Positions 20,698-30,065 of a stretch of 64,000 nt of DNA are shown piece after piece. The stretch is from NCBI GenBank assembly GCA_965220205.1, contig OZ244812.1, positions 2,089,678 through 2,153,677 on the forward strand. The letters are read 5' to 3'. Both the position numbers and the translations under genes were made by a program. This DNA comes from Dehalococcoidia bacterium (GTDB taxonomy: Bacteria; Chloroflexota; Dehalococcoidia; Lucifugimonadales; Australimonadaceae). Each line of letters opens with the position of its first letter. The stretch's first letter is position 1. The notes beneath the pieces are model-generated. The model searched no databases and was not told the DNA's origin. It was given only the letters and a program-made list of their open reading frames with translations.

Positions 20698-21435
20698 ATG
20701 CGAGGACTCACGGGCCGGACAGCGGCTGTCACCGGCGGCGCCAGGGGACTGGGACGGGCGACCGCAACCCGGCTTGCCGAGGAGGGGGTCAACGTCGCGG
20801 TCCTCGACCTGCGCGGCGACGAGGCCGCCGCCGTCGCCGAGAGCCTCGGCGGCGCCGCCTTCACGTGCGATACGACGGACGAATCGACGCTGGCCACTGC
20901 GTTCGCGGGCGTCGAGGAGCGCTACGGCGGACTCGACATCTTGGTCAACAACGCGGGCATCATCGCTCCGCGCAAGGACTGGACCGACTGGACGAAGGCG
21001 GACCTCGAGCGTTTCGCCGAGATCAACTACGTCGGCTACTTCCTCACCATCAAGGCGGCGCACGCGATGTTGAAACGCGGCGGCAACGGGCGGATCATCA
21101 ACGTTGCTTCACGCACGTTCTTCATGGGCAACCCCGGGCAGACGCCGTATGTTGCCGCGAAGGGCGCCGTCATCGGCCTCACGTGGAACATGTGCAAGGA
21201 GCTGGGCCAGGACGGGATCACCGTGAACGCGGTCATGCCGGGCCAGGTGGCGACCGAGGGCACGCGCGAGTACAACGCGGACGAGGTGTTCGACCGCACG
21301 ATGCAGAATCAGTCGATCAAGCGCCGGGTGGAGCCCGAGGACCTCGCCGGACTGATCGCGTTCCTAGCCAGCGACGACGCCTCGCTCATCTCAGGGCAGT
21401 CGATCGTCTGCGACGGGGGCTTCCTGCTGCACTAG
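20698..21435 (+). CDS. SDR-family oxidoreductase
   Basis: TGGARGLG cofactor motif, NNAG, YVAAK catalytic motif. RBS GGAGG. Confidence 0.9.
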   Translation: MRGLTGRTAAVTGGARGLGRATATRLAEEGVNVAVLDLRGDEAAAVAESLGGAAFTCDTTDESTLATAFAGVEERYGGLDILVNNAGIIAPRKDWTDWTKADLERFAEINYVGYFLTIKAAHAMLKRGGNGRIINVASRTFFMGNPGQTPYVAAKGAVIGLTWNMCKELGQDGITVNAVMPGQVATEGTREYNADEVFDRTMQNQSIKRRVEPEDLAGLIAFLASDDASLISGQSIVCDGGFLLH

Positions 21436-22409
21436 GGGCGGACCGCGGCCAACCGCTCGGCCGCGTACTCGACGAAGAGGTCCACGTATGCGTCGGGGAA
21501 GTCGTCGTAGGCGTCGTTGTGCCCGCAGCCGGGGAAGAGGGTCGCCTTGGAGTCCGGGCTCGCCTCGCGGATCGGCCCGAAGTTGCCGGCGTGGGGGATG
21601 CGGTCGTCGTCGCCGCAGTGGACGAGCCGGAGCGGGTAGTCGTATTGCGCCGCCGCCGCGGCCGGCTTGACCTTGTCTATCTCGACGCCTCTGGTCCAGT
21701 CGGCGACGAGCACGAGACCGGGACGCAGCAGCCTCGCGGCCCACGCGGAGATCGGCGTCCGCGCCGCGACCTCGGCGACGATCATGTCGGAGAGGCCCGC
21801 GAATGAGGAGTCGGCGAACACGCCGAGGACGGCAGGTTCGCCAACCCCGCCCATGATGGCGACGGCGGCCCCGAAGCTCTGGCCCAGCAACAGAATCGTG
21901 CCGGGCTCGACGCCGCGCCGCTCGACGAGGTAGTCGATGGCCCCGCGGACGTCGTTTACCTCGAAGAAGCCGGCGCCGATGGGCACGTTGTCGGACTCGC
22001 CGTGGCCGCGCAGGTCAAACGCCAACGCGGCGAATCCGCGCTCGGAGAGGTCACGGAGCAGCGGCAGACCGTTGGCGCGATTCGAGTCGATTCCGTGCAC
22101 CCATACGACCGTGGCGGTCGCGTCGTCCTTCGGGAACCACCATCCCCGCAGCGTGATGTCCTCCTCGCCGCGCGGGGAGAACTGGACCTCCTCGAACGCC
22201 ATGCCGAAGTCGTCCGGGTGGTGCTCGAACTCGCTCGCCTTGGCTTGTAGCGCTTGGCCGACGATGTACCAGGACACCCCCAGATAGGCGATCACTGCCC
22301 CCGCGACGACGAGCGCGAGTCCGGTTAACACGCGCCGTCTCGTGGCCACAATCACCTCCGTGAACGCGCCGGTGTTATCACGACTCGGGACGCCGGCCCG
22401 GTCGTGCAT
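21432..22409 (-). CDS. alpha/beta hydrolase (membrane-anchored)
   Basis: N-terminal TM helix, nucleophile elbow GQSFGA, C-terminal GCGHND. Start codon uncertain. Confidence 0.75.
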   Translation of the reverse strand: MHDRAGVPSRDNTGAFTEVIVATRRRVLTGLALVVAGAVIAYLGVSWYIVGQALQAKASEFEHHPDDFGMAFEEVQFSPRGEEDITLRGWWFPKDDATATVVWVHGIDSNRANGLPLLRDLSERGFAALAFDLRGHGESDNVPIGAGFFEVNDVRGAIDYLVERRGVEPGTILLLGQSFGAAVAIMGGVGEPAVLGVFADSSFAGLSDMIVAEVAARTPISAWAARLLRPGLVLVADWTRGVEIDKVKPAAAAAQYDYPLRLVHCGDDDRIPHAGNFGPIREASPDSKATLFPGCGHNDAYDDFPDAYVDLFVEYAAERLAAVRP

Positions 22410-22422
22410 AATGGACGCCGCT

Positions 22423-23487
22423 ATGCAGCGATTCGCGATTCTGCTCATACTCGCGGCGGCGCTGGCGGCGTCAGCCTGCGGCGAGGAGGAGCCCACGCCC
22501 ACCCCGACGCCTCCCTACGGACTGCCGCCGCTGTCGCTGCCCGCCGACGAGTCCCCCCACGATTTCCAGACGGAATGGTGGTACTTCAGCGTACACCTCA
22601 GCTCGGAGCACGGGGAGCGTTTCGCCCTGCACGACGTCGTGTTCCAGGTGCAGGAGGTCGCGAGCAGCCGCACGCTCTATATCCGGCACGCGGGGCTGGC
22701 GGACGCGGCGACCGGCGCGCATGAGACCTCGGAGCGGGTGCGCTTGGCCCCGGAGCCCCTTGAGAGCGACGCGGGAGCGTTCCGCATCGAATTCGGCGAC
22801 TCCGTTGTCGCCGGCAACGACGGCGAGTCGTACCGCCTCGTCGGTCGCGTGGGCGGGACCGCGTACGACCTCACGCTGCAGTCCGAGGCCGACCCGCTGG
22901 CGCATCACGATGACGGGCTGGTCGATTTCCGCGAGGCGGGCGTCACGTATTACTACAGCAGGCCGCGGCTGGCGGCGGCGGGGACCGTCACGCCGGCGGG
23001 AGGGGCGGCGATCGCGGTCGCGGGCCTCGGGTGGTTCGACAAGCAGTGGGGCAACTTCCAGCCGGTGGCGGTTGGTTGGGACTGGGCGAGCGCGCAGCTC
23101 GACAGCGGCGCCGACCTGATGCTCACGCGGCTCTTCGACGGCGATCAGCGCGTCATCGACGCGTACGCGACGCTGCGCCAGCCGGGCGCGGCGGCAACGC
23201 GCTTGGGGGCGGACGACTTCGTATTCACGCCCTTGTCGGGGAGCTGGACGAGCCCGCGCACGGGAACCGCCTACCCTACCCGGTGGCGCGTCGCCGTCCC
23301 AGGCGAGGGGATCGCGTTCGACCTCGAGCCGCTCTCCGAGGAGTCGGAGTTCGTCAGCTCGGTCGTGGGGGTGACATATTGGGAGACGGGTATGGACGCA
23401 GTCGACGCCGCTGGCGCGCGTATCGGGCAGGGCTTCGTCGAGCTGAATTGGCCACCAGGGAGCGGGATCGCGGACGCCGCCCGCTGA
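22423..23487 (+). CDS. AttH/CrtC-like (lipocalin-type) lipoprotein
   Basis: Signal peptide with lipobox LAASAC. TEWWYFSVHL and GLGWFDKQWGNF motifs of the hydroxyneurosporene-synthase/AttH family. Confidence 0.75.
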   Translation: MQRFAILLILAAALAASACGEEEPTPTPTPPYGLPPLSLPADESPHDFQTEWWYFSVHLSSEHGERFALHDVVFQVQEVASSRTLYIRHAGLADAATGAHETSERVRLAPEPLESDAGAFRIEFGDSVVAGNDGESYRLVGRVGGTAYDLTLQSEADPLAHHDDGLVDFREAGVTYYYSRPRLAAAGTVTPAGGAAIAVAGLGWFDKQWGNFQPVAVGWDWASAQLDSGADLMLTRLFDGDQRVIDAYATLRQPGAAATRLGADDFVFTPLSGSWTSPRTGTAYPTRWRVAVPGEGIAFDLEPLSEESEFVSSVVGVTYWETGMDAVDAAGARIGQGFVELNWPPGSGIADAAR

Positions 23488-23855
23488 GCTAGCTGTAGTT
23501 CCATAGGGGTTGTTGACAGGCGGGGACCTGACCCTCGTGTCCTGTGTTTGCGCATCGCAATGACGAGAATGGACGGGAAGCGGACGGGAATGGACCGCAA
23601 TGGCGTGGACTGCTCACTCGTAGATTGCATGGGTTTACGAGTGGGGCGGACGACGATTTCTTCTCAAGTGAGCCATTTTGCGCCATTCTGGGCCATTTGC
23701 TCGTAACCGGGTCGGCGGTAGGCGGGGTTGCCGGGGGGCCATTCGACGGGCCTAGGACGAGCCAGGGATCCAGACATAGATGTTAGGGGGTGGGGGCCGT
23801 TGGGGGAATGGGCGGATGTCGCGGTGGGGGGCGCGAGAATCTCTCGCGTGGGGCT

Positions 23856-23971
23856 GACGCCCACACGACAACCGACGAAAGTTGACAGAGCGGGGCGCGC
23901 GCCCTTTGCCGGGCTCGGGGGCGTGGATCCCCGTGTCAAGCACGAGGATGACGGAGGGGGGCGCGGAGGGG
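23856..23971. repeat. about 116-bp direct repeat, copy 1 (flanks the GIY-YIG gene)
   Basis: GACGCCCACACGACAACCGACGAAAGTTG...GGATCCCCGTGTCAAGCACGAGGATGACGGAGGGG. Repeated at 24391..24506, with a partial copy at 24507..24580. Confidence 0.85.
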
Positions 23972-24034
23972 ACTTTCGAGGCAAAGGACGGAGGGGGTAT
24001 CCGAGAAGAACGGAGGGCGGGATGTAGGGCGTCG

Positions 24035-24349
24035 TCAGCCAATTTCATCGTAGAGGTCTCGCCAACCGGGGTTTGACTCCTCGACCAGCGCAACCTTCCA
24101 TGCGCGGGCCCACTTCTTCAGTGCCTTCTCCCGACCGATGGCGCTCGCCATCGTCTCATGCTGCTCGTACCACACAAGGGAGTGAACGCCGTAGGTCCTC
24201 GTAAACCCCTCTACGAGACCCTGCTTGTGCTGCCAGGCGCGCTGGGGGAGATTCGAGGCGACGCCGATGTAGACCGTGCCGTTGTGACGACTCGCAAGGA
24301 TGTAGACGCAAGGACGTCGAGGCTCTCTTCGCCGTTGGCCGTAGATCAT
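24035..24349 (-). CDS. GIY-YIG nuclease family protein
   Basis: CVYILASRHNGTVYIGVASNLPQRAWQH (GIY...YIG) and the downstream REKALKKW motif, 104 aa. Confidence 0.88.
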   Translation of the reverse strand: MIYGQRRREPRRPCVYILASRHNGTVYIGVASNLPQRAWQHKQGLVEGFTRTYGVHSLVWYEQHETMASAIGREKALKKWARAWKVALVEESNPGWRDLYDEIG

Positions 24350-24390
24350 TGAGCGAGCCTACCGTACGCATTGAGCACGGGTAAGGGCCG

Positions 24391-24580
24391 GACGCCCCAC
24401 ACGACAATCGACGAGAGTTGGCGGGCGGGGCGCGCCCTCCTTCGCCGGGCTCGGGGGCGTGGATCCCCGTGTCAAGCACGAGGATGACGGAGGGGGCGCG
24501 GAGGGGCGCAGCGCCCCCTTCGGCGGGCTCGGGGGCGTGGGTCCCTGTGTCAAGCACGAGGATGACGGAGGGGGGGAGGG
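24391..24580. repeat. direct repeat copy 2 plus partial copy 3
   Basis: Same unit as 23856..23971, including the CCGTGTCAAGCACGAG hairpin core. Confidence 0.85.
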
Positions 24581-24583
24581 GTC

Positions 24584-24937
24584 CTAGCGGCGCTTGGGCC
24601 GGGGGGTTGCGCGTTTGGGCGCTGCGGAGGCGCGGTTGACGGCGTCGCGTCCGGTGGCCGTCGGGATGTAAGCCTGAATGGCGTACGACGCTTCGTCCGT
24701 GCGCTTCACGTACCCGCCGGCCACGAGCGCGCGCAGGGCCGTTTCTCCAAGGTAGGGCAGCAACCGCAGGGCGTGGTCCGGCACGGCGCCGCCACGCCGG
24801 TCGTACTCGTTGCAGATCAACGTGAGCAGGCGCACGGGATAGACGCGCAATTCGCGGGCCAACTCGCTGAGCGGCCCAAGCGCCGCAAGCTCGTCCGCGA
24901 CCTGCTCGGCGGCCTGGCTGAGGTCCCCTGTCGTCAT
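24584..24937 (-). CDS. hypothetical protein (117 aa, basic tail), translationally coupled to pyrD
   Basis: ATGA start/stop overlap with pyrD at 24934-24937. RBS GGAGAG. Plausible winged-helix-like composition. Confidence 0.5.
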   Translation of the reverse strand: MTTGDLSQAAEQVADELAALGPLSELARELRVYPVRLLTLICNEYDRRGGAVPDHALRLLPYLGETALRALVAGGYVKRTDEASYAIQAYIPTATGRDAVNRASAAPKRATPRPKRR

Positions 24938-25923
24938 CTGCTTCTCTCCGCCAATCCGGATACGATTTCGCGCACGACCCCCGGCCCGCGAAACACTAAC
25001 GCGGTGTAGAGCTGCACCGTGTCGGCGCCGGCTGCGAGCGCTCGGGCTGCGTCGTCGGGCGTAGCGATGCCGCCGCAGGCGTTGACGACCATCCCGGGGC
25101 CGGCCTCCGCGCGCACCTCGGGCACGACGCGCAGCATATCGTCCAGGATCGCCGCTCCGCTCAGCCCGCCCCTGCCCATGGCCAGACGCGAGTCGTCGAC
25201 GGGGACCGTGTTGATGGCGGTGAGCCCCGTCGCGCCCGCGCTCCGGCAGACGCCGACGAGCCGCAGCACCATCTCGCGGCCCGCTTCGTCGTTGTACGGC
25301 GGGATCTTGACGAACAGAGGCTTTCGCCGCTCGCTGTTCAGCAGATCGAGCAGACCGCTGAGAGCGTCCGGCGCCTGGAACCGGCGTAGCCCTGCCGTGT
25401 TCGGCGAGCTGATGTTCAGCTCCAGCGCATCGACGTGCGGTTCGAGCTCGCGCAGGCAGGTCAGCGTCTCCTCCTCCTCGAGCGCGGCGATGCTCACCAT
25501 GACCCGCGCCGGCCGGTCGGAGAGCCGCCGGAGCATCCGCACCGCTGGTCCGAGCCCCTCGCTGGGAAAGCCGAGGGCGTTGATGAGAGAGGAGCTGCGC
25601 GTGAGCCGGAGGACGCGCGGCTTCGGGTTGCCGGGGCGCGCCGAGTAGGTCACGGTCCCGCCGACGACGTACCCGAACCCGAGGCCCCCCAGGCTGTCGA
25701 GGTACGCGCAACGTTTGTCGAGGCCGGCAGCGAGGCCTACGGGATTGCGCAGAGCGAGGCCCCCGACGTTCACCGGCGAGTCCGGGGTTGCGGAGAGCTT
25801 CTCAGCCAGACGCCATAGGGGCTTCACGGCGAGCGCGCGGTCGGCGACGCGCTGCGCGGGCTCCGGCGGCAGCCGGAACAGCAGGGGACGCGCGAGGGAG
25901 CGGTACCAGGGGATGGAGGGCAA
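24934..25923 (-). CDS. pyrD: dihydroorotate dehydrogenase (class 2-like)
   Basis: NPVGLAAGLDK, GFGYVVGGTVT, NALGFPSEG and GGIATPDDA motifs. Confidence 0.9.
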   Translation of the reverse strand: MPSIPWYRSLARPLLFRLPPEPAQRVADRALAVKPLWRLAEKLSATPDSPVNVGGLALRNPVGLAAGLDKRCAYLDSLGGLGFGYVVGGTVTYSARPGNPKPRVLRLTRSSSLINALGFPSEGLGPAVRMLRRLSDRPARVMVSIAALEEEETLTCLRELEPHVDALELNISSPNTAGLRRFQAPDALSGLLDLLNSERRKPLFVKIPPYNDEAGREMVLRLVGVCRSAGATGLTAINTVPVDDSRLAMGRGGLSGAAILDDMLRVVPEVRAEAGPGMVVNACGGIATPDDAARALAAGADTVQLYTALVFRGPGVVREIVSGLAERSR

Positions 25924-25964
25924 GGGTTGGCGCTGCCTCCGAAGGGGGGATTCGCGCCGGGGCG

Positions 25965-26741
25965 CTACTTGATGGCGTTGAGCTTGTAGCGTCGCTCGCC
26001 CTTGGGCGTCTGCACGGCGACTTCCTGGCCGATGGTCGTGCCGATGACGGCCTTGCCCACGGGCGAGTCAATCGACACCTTGCCAGCCGCGGGGTCGGCG
26101 TCGGCTGAGTCGGTCAGCTTGTAGGTGACGGGCTTGCCGGAGGAAAGGTCGAGGAGCACTACGGTCGCTCCGACCCTGGCGGCGTTGCCGCCGGTGGTCG
26201 TCGAGACGACCACCGCTCGCCGGAGAGTCTCCTCCAACTCGCGGATGCGGCCCTCGGTCTTGCCCTGCGTCTCTCGCGCCGCATCGAGCGGGGCGTTCTC
26301 GCGGAAGTCCTTGTCGGCAGCGGCGAGCCGAATCGCTTCGACGATCTCGACGCGCTGCCCTTTGAGCTCCTTGAGCTCGTCGTTCAGGAGCCGTATGCCG
26401 GCGTCCGTCATCTGGATGGCGCGTTGCGCCTCGCGGGAGGCCGCGGCCGCGCGGACGGTGGCCCGCGGAATCTTGACGTGCGGGTGCAGGCTGTAGGCCG
26501 ACATCTCCTTCTTCTTGAGGAAGGCGAGGAACTCTTTCAGCGGGGCGAGGCGTCCCTGGATGTCGCCGCCGGCTGCGACGACCTCCTCGGCGTAGTGGGC
26601 GACCTCCGGCGGGGCCAGCGTCAGGACGTCCTTGTCGAGACCGATGGCCCGGCCGAACCGGTGAAGCTCTTGATGGGCATAGGGTTCGACGGCGGGGGTT
26701 GCCGAACCGAGGTACTGAGTAAGGGCGTCCGCGAGATTCAT
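25965..26741 (-). CDS. GreA/GreB-family protein with an N-terminal extension of about 105 aa
   Basis: Coiled-coil LKELKGQRVEIVEAIRLAAADKDFRENAPLDAARE and C-terminal FKBP-like domain ...VSIDSPVGKAVIGTTIGQEVAVQTPKG. Confidence 0.75.
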   Translation of the reverse strand: MNLADALTQYLGSATPAVEPYAHQELHRFGRAIGLDKDVLTLAPPEVAHYAEEVVAAGGDIQGRLAPLKEFLAFLKKKEMSAYSLHPHVKIPRATVRAAAASREAQRAIQMTDAGIRLLNDELKELKGQRVEIVEAIRLAAADKDFRENAPLDAARETQGKTEGRIRELEETLRRAVVVSTTTGGNAARVGATVVLLDLSSGKPVTYKLTDSADADPAAGKVSIDSPVGKAVIGTTIGQEVAVQTPKGERRYKLNAIK

Positions 26742-26962
26742 GAGTGGCCTCCCCGTGGCCGTGAAGCCGTGCGCAAGCCACGAATATACACACAGCGATT
26801 GTAGATTGGGCCGAACGGCACTGTCAACGAGCGGCGCTCGTCGCGGGCGCTGCTCGCCCCTCGGCGCGGTTGGGGTAGAATCGTAGTACGCCAGTCGAAG
26901 CTCTCTTCCGGATTCGCACGGGAGAGCGGGCGCCGTGTTTCGTGACGGGCGTGGCCGAATTC

Positions 26963-28123
26963 ATGACGCTGAAAGCACCGCACCCTCAGCAACCGGGCAG
27001 CGCGCCCCTCGCCTACCGCAAGATTGTGGTCAAGGCGGGGACGAACGTGCTGACGAGCAAGACGCCCCGGCTCGACGAGGGGGTGATGGCGTCGCTCGTC
27101 GCGCAGCTGGCGGAGCTCCGCGGACGCGGCGCCGAGGTTGTGCTCGTGACCTCGGGCGCTGTCGCGGCGGGCCGCGAGGCGATCGGCAGCCGGGTGTCCG
27201 GAAAGGCGGTCGCGGTGAGTCAGATGCTCGCCGCCGTCGGGCAGATACGCCTGATGCACACCTACCAGGAGCTGTTCTCCCGCCACAATGTCGTCATCGG
27301 GCAGGCGTTGCTCACGCGGCAGGACGTCGAGAACCGCGTCGGCTACCTCAACGTGCGCAACACGCTGGCGGGGCTGCTGGCGCAGGAGGTCGTCCCCATC
27401 GTCAACGAGAACGACGTCGTCGACACCGCTGAGATCAGCCATGAGCGGTTCGGGGACAACGACACGCTGTCGGCGCTCGTGGCGAATCTGATCGACGCCG
27501 ACCTGCTCCTGATGCTGACGGACACGGGCGGCCTCTACACGGCGGACCCGAACCGGGACCCGGAGGCGAAGCTGATGCCCCTCGTGGAGCGGGTGGACGC
27601 CGATGTCCTGGCGCTGGCCGAGGAACACCGGAGCACGACGACGCGCGGCGGGATGACGTCGAAGCTCCTCGCGGCCCAGCGTGCAACCGCGGTCGGCGTG
27701 GCCGTCGTCGTGGCCCCCGGGGGCGAGCCGGACGTCGTGCTGAGAGTTGCCGGCGGCGAGGCGATCGGCACGTTGTTCCCGCCGACGACGAGCACGCGGG
27801 CGAGCCGGCAACGCTGGCTGCTCAGCGGGGCCGCCGAGAGCGGCGGCGCGCTGGTGATTGACGCGGGCGCCGCGAAGGCGGTCGTCACGGACGCTCGCAG
27901 CCTCCTGCCTGCCGGCGTCCGGGAGGTGAAGGGCGCGTTCGAGCGCGGGGACGTCGTGACGGTCGTGGACGCGGGAGGCGCGGCGGTCGCGTATGGCATC
28001 GTCAACTACTGCGCGGACGAGCTCCGGGCGATTCAAGGGACCCGCTCGCCGGAGATCGCGGGGCTGCTCGGTCACCACTACGGCGACGAGGCGGTCCACC
28101 GCAACAACATGGTGGTGCTGTAG
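26963..28123 (+). CDS. proB: glutamate 5-kinase (with PUA domain)
   Basis: IVVKAGTNVLT, VTSGAVAAG, NENDVV and a C-terminal PUA region. Stop TAG abuts a MITE end. Confidence 0.93.
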   Translation: MTLKAPHPQQPGSAPLAYRKIVVKAGTNVLTSKTPRLDEGVMASLVAQLAELRGRGAEVVLVTSGAVAAGREAIGSRVSGKAVAVSQMLAAVGQIRLMHTYQELFSRHNVVIGQALLTRQDVENRVGYLNVRNTLAGLLAQEVVPIVNENDVVDTAEISHERFGDNDTLSALVANLIDADLLLMLTDTGGLYTADPNRDPEAKLMPLVERVDADVLALAEEHRSTTTRGGMTSKLLAAQRATAVGVAVVVAPGGEPDVVLRVAGGEAIGTLFPPTTSTRASRQRWLLSGAAESGGALVIDAGAAKAVVTDARSLLPAGVREVKGAFERGDVVTVVDAGGAAVAYGIVNYCADELRAIQGTRSPEIAGLLGHHYGDEAVHRNNMVVL

Positions 28124-28236
28124 GGAACATCTGAACAACGCGCGTTGCTCTCGGCAGGCTCCGTCATTCCCGTGTCAAGCACGAGAATGACGGAAGGGGG
28201 CGCGAGAATGACGGAGGGGGCCGCTGGCCCCCCTAG
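28124..28236. repeat. solo MITE end plus REP hairpin
   Basis: GGAACATCTGAACAAC (IS5-type terminus), then hairpin TCCGTCATTC (28160-28169) / GAATGACGGA (28185-28194) around CCGTGTCAAGCACGA. Confidence 0.75.
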
Positions 28237-28247
28237 CGGAGGGTGCG

Positions 28248-29519
28248 ATGGCGACGACGACGACGGAGCTGATCGCCAAGGCTGAGGCGGCGCGAGGGGC
28301 CGCCAAGGAGTTGCGGAAGCTCTCTACGGGGCAGAAGAACGCCGCGCTGCGGGCCATCGCCGACGCGCTCGACGCGAACCACGATTCGATCATCGAGGCG
28401 AACGCGCTGGACATGGAGGCGGGCCGCGAGTCCGGGCTGAGCGAGGCCGTCCTAGGACGGCTGCTCCTCGACGAATCTCGGCTGACGGGCATGGCGAACG
28501 ACCTGCGGGCCATCGCCTTGCTGCCCGACCCGGTCGGCGAAAGCTTCGACTCCCGTACTCTGGGGAACGGGATGAGGATAGAGCGCCGCCGCGTGCCGCT
28601 GGGCGTGATCGGCTGCGTGTACGAGAGCCGACCCAACGTGACGACGGACATCGCGGCGCTCTGCTTGAAGTCGGGAAACGCGGTGGTGCTGCGCGGCGGC
28701 AAGGAAGCCGTCCACTCCAACGCCGCGCTGGCGGGGCTGGTGAAGGAGGGGTTGGAATCAGCCGGGGCGCCGCCCGAGGCGGTGCAGTTCGTCACGGATA
28801 CGGACCGAGCGGTCGTCGAACAGATGATCAAGATGAACGAGCACCTGGACCTCTTCATCCCGCGAGGGGGCGAGGGGCTCATCAAGTACGTTCGGGACAA
28901 CGCGACGGTGCCGGCTATCACCGGCGGCATCGGCGTCGTCCATGCGTACGTCGACGCGTCGGCGGACGTGGAGAAGGCCCAGGACATCGTGTTCAACTCC
29001 AAGACGCAGCGGCCCGACGTGTGCAACGCGCTCGATACGCTGCTCGTACACTCCTCCGTCGCCGCGTCGCTTCTGCCGTCGGCGGCCTCGAAGCTGACGT
29101 CGGCCGGGGTCGAGCTCCGGTGCGACCGGCGGGCGCTGTCGCTGATTGGCCCCATGGGGGAGGCGGTCCAGGCGGCGGCGCCGGAGGACTTCGGCCAGGA
29201 GTTTCTCTCGCTGACGATGTCGGTCCGGGTTGTGGACTCGCTCGACGAGGCGCTCGGTCACATCGAGGCCTACGGCTCGGGGCACACGGAGACGATTCTC
29301 ACGGAGGACTACTCGGCGGCGACCCGGTTCGTTGACGAGGTGGACGCCGCTGTGGTGCTGGTGAACGCGAGCACCCGTTTCAACGACGGGGGCGAGCTCG
29401 GGCTCGGAGCGGAGGTGGCCGTCAGCACGAACAAGCTCCACGCGCGCGGTCCTATGGGGCTGCGCGAGCTCACGAGCTACAAGTGGGTTGCTCTTGGAAA
29501 CGGTCAGATCCGGCCATAG
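28248..29519 (+). CDS. proA: glutamate-5-semialdehyde dehydrogenase
   Basis: 423 aa, aldehyde dehydrogenase fold with VCNALDTLLVH active-site Cys region. Adjacent to proB. Confidence 0.93.
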   Translation: MATTTTELIAKAEAARGAAKELRKLSTGQKNAALRAIADALDANHDSIIEANALDMEAGRESGLSEAVLGRLLLDESRLTGMANDLRAIALLPDPVGESFDSRTLGNGMRIERRRVPLGVIGCVYESRPNVTTDIAALCLKSGNAVVLRGGKEAVHSNAALAGLVKEGLESAGAPPEAVQFVTDTDRAVVEQMIKMNEHLDLFIPRGGEGLIKYVRDNATVPAITGGIGVVHAYVDASADVEKAQDIVFNSKTQRPDVCNALDTLLVHSSVAASLLPSAASKLTSAGVELRCDRRALSLIGPMGEAVQAAAPEDFGQEFLSLTMSVRVVDSLDEALGHIEAYGSGHTETILTEDYSAATRFVDEVDAAVVLVNASTRFNDGGELGLGAEVAVSTNKLHARGPMGLRELTSYKWVALGNGQIRP

Positions 29520-29541
29520 ACGCCGGCGGAAGGTGGGCGCG

Positions 29542-29862
29542 ATGCTTCGATTCGAACGGGAATGTCGTACGCCGTACTCCGAGGTGTACACGATCCTCGA
29601 CGACGACCAGCCCCAAGGCCGGTTCGACGTCCACTACGCGGGCGCGATCATTCACGGGACGCTGTGCGTCTCGGAGCGGTACACACAGGACGAGATACAA
29701 GACCTGATCGAGGACCTCGACGACGAGCTGCTCGACGCGGTCGGTCTAGCGCGGGAGGACTTCATCGTCCACGTTCACCAGGGCCGCGAGGTCGGCGTGT
29801 TCTCGAACAGCGAGTACAGCGAAGACGAGCAGGACGAAGAGAACCCGATTACGGAGAACTAG
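29542..29862 (+). CDS. hypothetical acidic protein (106 aa)
   Basis: ATG behind GGAAGGTGG. Acidic C-terminal tail. Stop lies in CTAG at the MITE border. Confidence 0.45.
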   Translation: MLRFERECRTPYSEVYTILDDDQPQGRFDVHYAGAIIHGTLCVSERYTQDEIQDLIEDLDDELLDAVGLAREDFIVHVHQGREVGVFSNSEYSEDEQDEENPITEN

Positions 29863-30051
29863 GGAACCTCTGAACAATCGCTGATGCCCTCAGCAGGCCC
29901 CTCCTCCGTCATTCCCGCGCAGGCAGGAATCCAGGGCGGGGGGCGTGGGTTCCCGTGTCGGGGCACGAGAACGACGAGGGGGGCGTCCGTTCGTGGGACC
30001 CTTCGACGAGCTCAGGGCGAACGGATGGGGACGGAGCTATTCAGAGGTTCG
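29863..30051. mobile_element. composite MITE (IS5-type termini, internal REP units)
   Basis: Left GGAACCTCTGAACAA after CTAG. Internal GTCATTCCCGCGCAGGCAGGAATCC and TTCGACGAGCTCAGGGCGAACGG units. Right TTCAGAGGTTC is degenerate. Confidence 0.75.
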
Positions 30052-30065
30052 CCGGGACGACGCGG

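Noticed and set aside
23724-23760. tmRNA-like 5' motif GGGGTTGCCGGGGGGCCATTCGACGGG
   Set aside because: No tag reading frame ending in ..AA-stop, no T-arm (GGTTCGA.TCC) and no CCA terminus found downstream within 400 nt. Downstream DNA is the repeat shared with 24391..
23856-24580. Possible CRISPR array from recurring CCGTGTCAAGCACGAG-containing repeats
   Set aside because: Repeats are about 116 bp, irregularly spaced, enclose a protein gene, and recur dispersed across the window fused to MITEs. There is no repeat-spacer periodicity and no cas genes.
24584-25711. 375-aa ORF overlapping pyrD out of frame
   Set aside because: pyrD (24934..25923) has clear DHODH motifs. Only the last 117 codons (24584..24937) lie outside pyrD and are kept as a hypothetical gene.
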